NCBI GenBank assembly: GCA_029258605.1
Contig: JARHYE010000091.1
Location: 1,584 to 65,583 of the forward strand
Source of the DNA: Ruminococcus sp.
GTDB taxonomy: Bacteria > Bacillota > Clostridia > Lachnospirales > Lachnospiraceae
DNA: 64,000 nucleotides
Direction of reading: 5' to 3'
Part shown: positions 56,835 through 64,000 of the stretch, one piece after another
Layout: every line of letters begins with the position of its first letter
Position numbering within the stretch: position 1 is the first letter of the stretch
Notes under the pieces: generated by a model
Told to the model about the DNA's origin: nothing
The model's database searches: none
Seen by the model: only the letters and a program-made list of their open reading frames with translations
Made by a program: the position numbers and the translations under genes

Positions 56835-57932
56835 ATGAAATTGAGAGGAAAACATAAATGGATTTGTATTCTTTTTGCAATTATAGTAGGGATTGGATTT
56901 TTCATGGCTGTTTTTTATCCCAAGGAAGCGTTTTCATTTAGTGAAAGAAGAAAGTTGGCAACAAAACCAAATCTTTCCTTAGAATCGTATTTAAATGGAA
57001 CTTACATGAAAGAATTTGAAGCATATGTTGTCGATACATTTCCAGGGAGAGATGTATTTCGAAGAGGAAAGGCGTTGTGGGAAACGTATTTTTTAAACAA
57101 AAAAGATCATCATAAGTTTTATCAGGCGCAAGGACACTTAGTTGCTATGGATTATCCCTATCATCCTTCTTCAGTGAAAAGAGCATCCAAGAGATTTTCA
57201 TGGATCATGAAGGAGTGTTTGAATGAAAAAAATCAGGTATATTATTCTGTGATTCCAGATAAAAATTATTTTTTGGCTGAAAAAAGTGATCATTTGTCAT
57301 ATGACTATGAGAAACTCGTGTCTCAATTAAAGCAAGAAATGGGAAGTGCGCAGTATATTGATCTTTTTCCAACTTTGTCAATTGACGATTACTATAGGAC
57401 GGACACTCATTGGAGACAGGAAAAAATCGTAGATGCATCGCAGAAACTTCTAAATGCCATGGGTGTTTTTACATCTTGTGATTATGAGAAAAAGGAAGTA
57501 GAAGACCCTTTTTACGGAGTATACTATGGGCAGTCAGCTTTGCCCTCTGCTGGGGAACAAATGCAGTATCTTCTTTCTGAGGAGATGGAGGATGTTCGAG
57601 TTTGTGATATGCAAAATCAAAGGGAGATTCCGTTATACGATTTGAATAAGACAAAGGGAAAGGACCCCTACGAAATGTTTACGGGAGGATCCGTTTCACT
57701 TGTAACTATAGAGAATCCGAATGCAAATACACAGAAAAAATTGATTCTTTTTCGTGATTCTTTTGGAAGCAGTATTGCCCCTCTATTACTTTCTGGATAC
57801 AAGGAAATTACGCTGGTAGATATCCGTTATTTATCGGTGTATCAACTAAAAAAATATATAGAATTCACAGACCAGGATGTTTTGTTTTTATATAGTAGTT
57901 ACGTCCTAAATCATAGTGAAACAATAAAATAG
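56835..57932 (+). CDS. DHHW-family protein (AlgJ/AlgX/PatB-like extracytoplasmic acyltransferase partner)
   Basis: Start at ATG 56835 (or TTG 56841), just after the MBOAT stop. N-terminal TM anchor. YYRTDTHWRQE (DxHW motif). FRDSFGSS. Confidence 0.75.
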   Translation: MKLRGKHKWICILFAIIVGIGFFMAVFYPKEAFSFSERRKLATKPNLSLESYLNGTYMKEFEAYVVDTFPGRDVFRRGKALWETYFLNKKDHHKFYQAQGHLVAMDYPYHPSSVKRASKRFSWIMKECLNEKNQVYYSVIPDKNYFLAEKSDHLSYDYEKLVSQLKQEMGSAQYIDLFPTLSIDDYYRTDTHWRQEKIVDASQKLLNAMGVFTSCDYEKKEVEDPFYGVYYGQSALPSAGEQMQYLLSEEMEDVRVCDMQNQREIPLYDLNKTKGKDPYEMFTGGSVSLVTIENPNANTQKKLILFRDSFGSSIAPLLLSGYKEITLVDIRYLSVYQLKKYIEFTDQDVLFLYSSYVLNHSETIK

Positions 57933-58002
57933 CAGGAACAGCAATTAAAAACCGATGATCTGGGCATACTGTAAGTAAGAAAGAATACGGAGGTATCGTC
58001 AG

Positions 58003-58434
58003 ATGATGGGTTTTTTTATTGCCATTATTTCAGGGGTTTTAATGAGTATACAAGGAATCTTTAATACAAAAGTCACAAAAACAGCAGGAATGTGGGTAAG
58101 TAATGGCTGGGTTCAGCTTACTGCTTTTTTAGTATGCATTGCTGCATGGTTTATGACAGGAAGGCAGCCACTTAGTCAATTGGTTCGTGTTCAGCCTAAA
58201 TATATGCTTTTAGGTGGAGTGATTGGAGCGGGAATCACATGGACGGTTATAAAAAGTGTTGGAACATTAGGGCCAGCAAAGGCGGTTATGCTAATCGTGG
58301 TTGCACAATTAATTACATCATACCTCATAGAAGTGATTGGTATTTTTGGGGTGGAAAAGACCCCCTTTTGTTGGAGAAAGGCAATCGGACTATTTGTTGC
58401 TCTCCTAGGAGTGGTTTTGTTTCAATGGGAGTAA
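58003..58434 (+). CDS. small DMT-superfamily transporter (DUF606/YdcZ-like)
   Basis: 143 aa with 5 TM helices. The MMGFFIAIISGVLMSIQGIFN N-terminus is typical of this family (recall). Confidence 0.65.
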   Translation: MMGFFIAIISGVLMSIQGIFNTKVTKTAGMWVSNGWVQLTAFLVCIAAWFMTGRQPLSQLVRVQPKYMLLGGVIGAGITWTVIKSVGTLGPAKAVMLIVVAQLITSYLIEVIGIFGVEKTPFCWRKAIGLFVALLGVVLFQWE

Positions 58435-58561
58435 AAAATCACGGCTTGTAATAAAAATGTAACATAAATGTAAAATACACTATTGTATTTTATTTCGTAA
58501 TTCGTTACAATATTAATATCCGTCATTGAGGGGAAAAGTCCTGCTAGAAAGTAGGAATACA

Positions 58562-59158
58562 ATGAAGGAAAAAATAGGAAAATTATTACTGATATTGCTT
58601 TTGTGTATCAATCTGTGTGGTTGCCAAAAAGAAAAGCCGCTAGAAATTAAAGAAACGGAGCAAACCAAAGAAGAACAACCAGTCGTAGAAGAAAAGAAAA
58701 AGCCAAAAAAGACAATGAAAGTTTGTGTCTATGTTTGCGGTTCGGTGAATCAGCCAGGTGTTTATAGGTTAGATGAAAATGCCAGACTTTATGAAGCAAT
58801 CGAGGCCGCTGGAGGGATGCAAGAAGATGCAGCCCAAGAAACAATAAATCAAGCAAGAGAAGTTGTGGATGGAGAGCGAATTTATGTTCCATCCAAAGAA
58901 GAGTTAGAAAATGGAACCGTTGCTTTGGAGCCGGGTATGCAAAAAGAAGGTAATACAGATGGAAAAATTGATATTAATACAGCTGGAAAAGAGGAACTGA
59001 TGACTTTGCCTGGAATTGGACAGTCTAAGGCAGAGCTTATTCTTTCCTATAGAGAGTCGAAGGGCCGATTTGGCAAGATCGAGGAACTTATGGAGATTGA
59101 AGGAATCAAAGAAGGCGTATTTAATAAAATAAAAGACAAAATAATTGTTGCCAATTAA
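58562..59158 (+). CDS. comEA: competence protein ComEA (DNA receptor; SLBB plus helix-hairpin-helix)
   Basis: Start at ATG 58562. Signal/lipobox-like LCGC. SLBB segment VYVCGSVNQPGVYRL. C-terminal HhH INTAGKEELMTLPGIGQSKAELILSYR...IEGIKEGVF. Confidence 0.88.
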   Translation: MKEKIGKLLLILLLCINLCGCQKEKPLEIKETEQTKEEQPVVEEKKKPKKTMKVCVYVCGSVNQPGVYRLDENARLYEAIEAAGGMQEDAAQETINQAREVVDGERIYVPSKEELENGTVALEPGMQKEGNTDGKIDINTAGKEELMTLPGIGQSKAELILSYRESKGRFGKIEELMEIEGIKEGVFNKIKDKIIVAN

Positions 59159-59198
59159 AGCTGATAGAGGTCAGATGGCAAAGTAAGGGAATAGCAGC

Positions 59199-59888
59199 AT
59201 GGGAAAAAAGAAAATATTAGTAGTTGATGATGAAAAATTAATAGTAAAGGGCATCCGATTCAGCTTGGAACAAGATGATATGGAAGTGGATTGTGCATAT
59301 GATGGCGAGGAAGCGCTAGAGTATGCAAAAAATTGTGAGTATGATCTGGTGCTTCTAGATGTTATGCTTCCGAAAATGGATGGATTTGAGGTATGTCAAC
59401 ATATTCGAGAATTTTCCGATATGCCAGTTGTAATGCTGACAGCAAAAAGTGAAGACATGGACAAGATCCTAGGATTAGAGTACGGAGCAGATGATTATAT
59501 TACAAAACCATTTAATATTTTGGAAGTAAAAGCCCGTATCAAAGCAATCATGAGAAGAACCTCAAAACGAGCGACTTCTGCAACAAGCAAAACAATCGTA
59601 AAAGGAAATATGAAAATAGATTGTGATGGAAGACGTGTGTTTATTGGAGACAAAGAGATAAATTTAACAGCAAAAGAATTTGAAGTTTTAGAGCTTTTAG
59701 CTACAAATCCAAACAAAGTATACAGTAGAGAGAATCTTCTAAAGCTGATTTGGGGAAAAGACAACCCAGGGGATGCAAGAACTGTAGATGTACATATTCG
59801 TCGTCTTCGTGAAAAAATAGAAGTTCGTCCGAGTGAACCAAAATACGTACATACAAAGTGGGGAGTTGGTTATTATTTCCAGGGATAA
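59199..59888 (+). CDS. OmpR-family response regulator
   Basis: Receiver domain (VVDDE, LVLLDVMLPKMDG, LTAKS) and winged-helix output (LTAKEFEVLELL, VDVHIRRLREKI, GVGYYF). Confidence 0.92.
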   Translation: MGKKKILVVDDEKLIVKGIRFSLEQDDMEVDCAYDGEEALEYAKNCEYDLVLLDVMLPKMDGFEVCQHIREFSDMPVVMLTAKSEDMDKILGLEYGADDYITKPFNILEVKARIKAIMRRTSKRATSATSKTIVKGNMKIDCDGRRVFIGDKEINLTAKEFEVLELLATNPNKVYSRENLLKLIWGKDNPGDARTVDVHIRRLREKIEVRPSEPKYVHTKWGVGYYFQG

Positions 59889-61317
59889 ATTCCATTTTAG
59901 AATAGAATATAAATTTTTTAAAAGTTTACGATTTTTTATCATTGCCCTTGTTTTACTTGTTTCGATTATCCCATGTATGATCGCATATAAAGGGATTATT
60001 AAAGCGTACGAAACAAGAGCGGTATCTCTTAGAACTGCGGATATTCAGAGCCAGTGTACAATTTTAAGTAATCAGCTGACTAGTTACAATTATCTTTCGG
60101 ATCAATCTTCCGAGGTAGTGAATGCCAATCTGACCCAGCTTGCCAATATTTACAATGGAAGGGTTATGATTATTAATAGTGATCTTCAAGTTGTGAAAGA
60201 CACATTTTCTATTGATGATGGGAAAACAATCGTTTCAGAAAATGTGGTTAAGTGTATGAAGGGGACGAGTACCAATTTTTATGACAAAACAAACAAATAC
60301 ATAGAAGTAACCTCTCCGATTATGATAGGAGATTCCAAAAAGATTTCTGGAGTAATTCTTGCGAGTGTATCTACGGATTCGATTGAAGAAAGCTTGAGAA
60401 TTTTGAACCAGAAAGGAAATATGATCTTAGGGTTAATTCTTATTATCGTAATTGTTTTAAGCTTTTTTATTGCACATGTTGTAGTAAAACCATTTCGACG
60501 GATTACAGCGTATATTGATAATGTTTCGGAAGGTTACGAAGAAGGCGATATGCATGTGGAAACATTTTCAGAAGCCGAAGAGATGTCAGAATCTATTAAC
60601 ACTATGCTTGGCAGACTAAAACAACTTAATGATTCGAGAGAGGAATTTGTTTCTAACGTCTCTCATGAGCTTCGTACGCCACTTACTTCTATGAAAGTTC
60701 TTGCGGACTCGTTAGTTACAATGGGAGAAGCTCCTGTAGAACTGTATCAGGAATTTATGGAGGATATCGCAAAAGAAATCGATAGAGAAAATGACATTAT
60801 TTCCGATCTTTTATCTCTTGTAAAAATGGATAGAAAATCACCAGATCTTAATATTCAACCAGTGAACATCAACGATCTTCTTGAATTGATTTTAAAGCGA
60901 TTGAAGCCTATTGCAGAGAAGAAAAATGTAGAAGTTGTGCTGGAAAGTTTTCGACCAGTGACGGCAGAAATTGATGAAGTGAAACTTACACTTGCATTTT
61001 CAAACTTAGTGGAAAATGCAATCAAGTACAATAGACAGGACGGCTTTGTACATGTTTCACTAAATGCAGATCATAAGTATTTTTATGTAAAGGTGGCAGA
61101 CTCGGGAATTGGAATTCCAGAAGAAGATCAGGCTAGCATTTTTGAAAGATTTTATCGTGTAGACAAGTCTCATTCAAGAGAAATTGGTGGTACAGGACTT
61201 GGTCTTGCAATTACAAGAAGCGCTATTGTAATTCATAGAGGTTCGATCAAAGTGTACAGTAATGAAGGGGAGGGAACGACGTTTACCGTAAGGATTCCTC
61301 TCGTCTATGCAATGTAA
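59833..61317 (+). CDS. sensor histidine kinase (two TM helices, HAMP, HisKA, HATPase_c)
   Basis: SHELRTPL H-box, ENAIKYN N-box, DSGIGIP and GGTGLGLAI G-boxes. Start unresolved: GTG 59833 opens the frame, and no ATG, GTG or TTG lies between the RR stop and the first TM. Confidence 0.85.
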   Translation: MNQNTYIQSGELVIISRDKFHFRIEYKFFKSLRFFIIALVLLVSIIPCMIAYKGIIKAYETRAVSLRTADIQSQCTILSNQLTSYNYLSDQSSEVVNANLTQLANIYNGRVMIINSDLQVVKDTFSIDDGKTIVSENVVKCMKGTSTNFYDKTNKYIEVTSPIMIGDSKKISGVILASVSTDSIEESLRILNQKGNMILGLILIIVIVLSFFIAHVVVKPFRRITAYIDNVSEGYEEGDMHVETFSEAEEMSESINTMLGRLKQLNDSREEFVSNVSHELRTPLTSMKVLADSLVTMGEAPVELYQEFMEDIAKEIDRENDIISDLLSLVKMDRKSPDLNIQPVNINDLLELILKRLKPIAEKKNVEVVLESFRPVTAEIDEVKLTLAFSNLVENAIKYNRQDGFVHVSLNADHKYFYVKVADSGIGIPEEDQASIFERFYRVDKSHSREIGGTGLGLAITRSAIVIHRGSIKVYSNEGEGTTFTVRIPLVYAM

Positions 61318-61331
61318 AGAAGGAGAATAGA

Positions 61332-62264
61332 GTGAAAAAATACAAAACATTTGCTGTTTTAGGAATGATCCTTTGCACTACCATTTTACTGTCTTGTTCC
61401 AAGCGAACAGAAGTAAAAGAAGACACTCCTTACATTTATGGGCTAAATGCGGAGCGAACAGGGCTTAAGAAAATTAGTTATGAAGTGGAAGAAAAAGATC
61501 CAGTAAAAGCAGCAAAAGCCATGTTGAAAGAAATGAAAACACCAGCTACAGATATTAGCTATACCAATGCGATTCCACAAAAAGTGGAGATCAATAAATG
61601 CGAGCTGGAAGGGCAGATTTTACGGCTTGATTTTAGTGAAGAGTATGAGAAAATTCCGAAATTAGAAGAAAAACTTGTACAGGCAGCAGTGGTTCAGTCT
61701 TTGGTAAAGATTGAAGGAATCAGTGCACTTTGGGTGACTGTTGATGGAAAAGAAATTTTAAATGGGGAAGGCAAAATTGCCGGCTATCTAAACGAAGATG
61801 ATTATGTACGAAATACAGGCGAATCAGTAAGTACGTATCAGACAGAGACTCTTACCCTATATTTTGCAAATGAGGCAGGAGATAAATTAGTTCCATGTGA
61901 TTGTAGTGTAAAATACAGCAGTAATACGCCAAAAGAAAAATTAATTGTTGAAAAACTTTTAAAGGGTCCTAAAAAGGGAAGTGGAAAACCAACATTAAAT
62001 CCAGATACCGTTTTGCTTGGGGTGACGACCAAAGATGGGATTTGCTATGTAAATTTTGATGAGCAGTTTTTAAATGCACAAGTGGATGTGAAACCAGAAA
62101 TTACAATTTATTCCATTGTGAATTCACTGGTAGAAGGAACGGCGGCAAGCAAAGTGCAAATCACGGTAAATGGTGAGAAAAATGTAAAATATAAGCAGAT
62201 GGTAGACCTTACCAATCCATTTCAACGAGAAAGTGGATGGATCGTAGAAGAGGAAACACCATGA
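61332..62264 (+). CDS. GerMN-domain lipoprotein
   Basis: GTG start after AAGGAG. Lipobox LLSC. Two GerMN-like segments (second: TLYFANEAGDKLVPC...VEKLLKGPKKGS...GICYVNFDEQF). Confidence 0.7.
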   Translation: MKKYKTFAVLGMILCTTILLSCSKRTEVKEDTPYIYGLNAERTGLKKISYEVEEKDPVKAAKAMLKEMKTPATDISYTNAIPQKVEINKCELEGQILRLDFSEEYEKIPKLEEKLVQAAVVQSLVKIEGISALWVTVDGKEILNGEGKIAGYLNEDDYVRNTGESVSTYQTETLTLYFANEAGDKLVPCDCSVKYSSNTPKEKLIVEKLLKGPKKGSGKPTLNPDTVLLGVTTKDGICYVNFDEQFLNAQVDVKPEITIYSIVNSLVEGTAASKVQITVNGEKNVKYKQMVDLTNPFQRESGWIVEEETP

Positions 62265-64000
62265 GGAAACGCCCACTTTGTTTTGTAGTGGTGGGGTTAA
62301 TTTTTATTCAGATTTTATTGACAAAGGGAGGCCTGATTGGATATGATCGGGCGTTTTCCTTTTTGTCAGAAGATGAAGTTTATGTGGCGGAAGCCGTAGG
62401 AATTGTCTATAAAAAGGAGCAGAAACCAAACGGTCAAGTTCTATATTTAAAAGATAGTGAAATTATTCTAGATAACAGATCTATTCATCATTCTAAAATT
62501 CAGGTTCGTATCGCAACCAAAGATCAGATTATAATTGGAAATAAAATAAAAGTGAGAGGAAAGGCTACAGGATTTCAATCTGCAAGAAATCCTGGTAATT
62601 TCGATTTAAAAAAATATTATGCAACGAGGGGGGTCTACATTCAATTAAAAGCGGATGATATAAAAATCATTGACGACAAGAGGTATCTTGTTAGAGAAAA
62701 CCTTTCTAGATTGAGGGCGGCATGGAAGGAGTTGCTTTTTTGTCAAATGGGAACGCATTATGGAAGTATTATGACTGCTATGCTTACCGGAGAGAAAAGT
62801 GAACTAGATGAGGAAACAGCGAAATTGTATAAACAAGTTGGGATTAGTCACATTCTTGCAATTTCAGGACTGCACATGTCGTTTATAGGATTTGGCATCT
62901 ATAAACTTTTAAGGAAAATGGGAAAATCTTTTGTAGTAGCTGGGGCGGAAAGTTTTGTTTTTCTCGTGGCCTATACTTTGTTGTCTGGATGTGCAGTGTC
63001 TGCTGTTCGGGCTTTGCTTATGTTTCTTATACGTATGGGAGCAGAAATGACAGGGAGGGACTACGATATGGTCACATCGATGGTGGTGACAGCATTTGTA
63101 ATGTGTTTGTGGTCTCCATTATATCTTACAGATGAAGGGTTCCTATTATCCTATGTGGCGTTGCTTGGAATTGCAGTCGTTGTGCCTAGTATGCAGGTGT
63201 ATTTTCATCCGAAAAATAAGTGGACAAAGTCGATTATTTTAGGAATAGGAATTCAAATCACTTTGCTTCCCGTTCTATTGTTTTTTTTCTTTGAATTTTC
63301 GATTTACTCGGTGTTCATCAACAGTTTGATTCTTCCCGGGATGTCTGTGATATTAGGAAGTGGAATAGTTGGTTCCTTCATTGGAGTCTTTTGGAAAGAG
63401 GGAGCAAGGGGTGTGTTTGGAATCTGTAAATGCATGCTTTGGTTGTATGAATTGTTGTCTAAACGGGTTCGAAATCTGTCGAACAGCACTGTGATTACGG
63501 GAAAGCCAGCCTTGATAGGAATTAGTATCTATTATGTGTTATTGTGTATATTTTGTTATGTGGCATTTCGAGTGAATGCGCGTCAGATGAAATGGAAGAG
63601 AGGAAGAATTGCAGTACTATTCGCACTTGTCCTTACAACCGTGATGACACTTTCTTGTGTGTTACCGCAAAAAGAAAGCGGAAAACTTATTGTTACTATG
63701 CTAGATGTAGGACAAGGAGATGGAATCTACATCAAAACTCCAGGGGGACGGAATCTTTTTGTAGATGGAGGAAGTAGTAATGTTACAAAGGTAGGGGAGC
63801 AAAGAATTGCCCCATTTTTAAAAAGTAAAGGGGTAAGAAGGCTCGATTATGTGTTGATTTCTCATGGGGATGCGGATCATAAAAATGGAATAGAAGAATT
63901 ATTAGAAAATCAAAAATACGGAATTGAAATCAACACATTATTGTTGCCACCAAGAAGTGTGTGGGATGAAGGGATTGAGAAACTTGCATTACTTGCCACG
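62261..64000 (+). CDS. comEC: DNA internalisation competence protein ComEC/Rec2, 3'-truncated by the window edge
   Basis: Not in the supplied ORF track because it has no stop in the window. ATG 62261 overlaps the upstream TGA (ATGA). The frame is open for 580 codons to base 64000. GISHILAISGLHM competence-domain motif, multiple TM helices, then an MBL domain (MLDVGQGDGIYI, ISHGDADH). Confidence 0.9.
   Translation, partial: MRKRPLCFVVVGLIFIQILLTKGGLIGYDRAFSFLSEDEVYVAEAVGIVYKKEQKPNGQVLYLKDSEIILDNRSIHHSKIQVRIATKDQIIIGNKIKVRGKATGFQSARNPGNFDLKKYYATRGVYIQLKADDIKIIDDKRYLVRENLSRLRAAWKELLFCQMGTHYGSIMTAMLTGEKSELDEETAKLYKQVGISHILAISGLHMSFIGFGIYKLLRKMGKSFVVAGAESFVFLVAYTLLSGCAVSAVRALLMFLIRMGAEMTGRDYDMVTSMVVTAFVMCLWSPLYLTDEGFLLSYVALLGIAVVVPSMQVYFHPKNKWTKSIILGIGIQITLLPVLLFFFFEFSIYSVFINSLILPGMSVILGSGIVGSFIGVFWKEGARGVFGICKCMLWLYELLSKRVRNLSNSTVITGKPALIGISIYYVLLCIFCYVAFRVNARQMKWKRGRIAVLFALVLTTVMTLSCVLPQKESGKLIVTMLDVGQGDGIYIKTPGGRNLFVDGGSSNVTKVGEQRIAPFLKSKGVRRLDYVLISHGDADHKNGIEELLENQKYGIEINTLLLPPRSVWDEGIEKLALLAT

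Noticed and set aside
63544-63777. 77-aa + strand ORF from the supplied track near the window end
   Set aside because: It lies in a different frame inside the open comEC reading frame (62261 to the window end). That frame carries the ComEC competence and MBL motifs.
1-64000. Scan for CRISPR arrays, rRNA/tRNA genes, transposases, integrases, phage genes and known defence-system genes
   Set aside because: No regularly spaced direct repeats, no cloverleaf or rRNA-like conserved stretches, and no recombinase, transposase, nuclease-helicase or methylase gene sets were recognised. The intergenic regions are short and are accounted for by promoters and terminators.

Overview
Low-GC Firmicutes chromosome segment. 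Gene content, sporulation sigma factors and protein sequences suggest a spore-forming Clostridia / Lachnospiraceae-like organism; this placement comes from recall, not a search. About 60 CDSs are called, and all but two are on the + strand.

Gene order:
- Two unassigned membrane proteins.
- A cdaA-cdaR c-di-AMP operon with no glmM, continuing into an HPr-like gene, a sugar-phosphate nucleotidyltransferase and a cohesin-like surface protein.
- htrA, a SEDS protein, DegV.
- A compact dcw cluster: mraZ-rsmH-ftsL-bPBP-bPBP-mraY-murD-ftsW/spoVE-divIB-ftsZ.
- spoIIGA-sigE-(beta-CASP MBL nuclease)-sigG.
- HAD phosphatase, pth, mfd, a PrsA-like lipoprotein, an orphan RmlD-like reductase with an SDF-family symporter.
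- A ~16 kb Wzx/Wzy-type cell-wall glycopolymer locus (35.6-51.9 kb) with two LCP ligases, two DegT aminotransferases, acyltransferase, PglC-like priming transferase, three GTs, a Wzy-like polymerase, flippase, two TagF-family glycerophosphotransferases and tagD.
- An XRE regulator, a 553-aa membrane protein of unknown family, and a TetR-lipoprotein-MBOAT-DHHW O-acylation module.
- A DMT transporter, then comEA and a 3'-truncated comEC separated by an OmpR/HK two-component system and a GerMN lipoprotein.

I saw no rRNA, tRNA, CRISPR array, transposase, integrase or recognisable defence genes. I cannot point to a clear-cut novel system. The best candidates for undescribed biology are the MBOAT/DHHW module next to the glycerol-phosphate glycopolymer locus, the 553-aa membrane protein, the TCS+GerMN insertion inside the comE locus, and the remodelled cdaA operon. 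All family calls rest on motifs read by eye and on recall; no searches were run.
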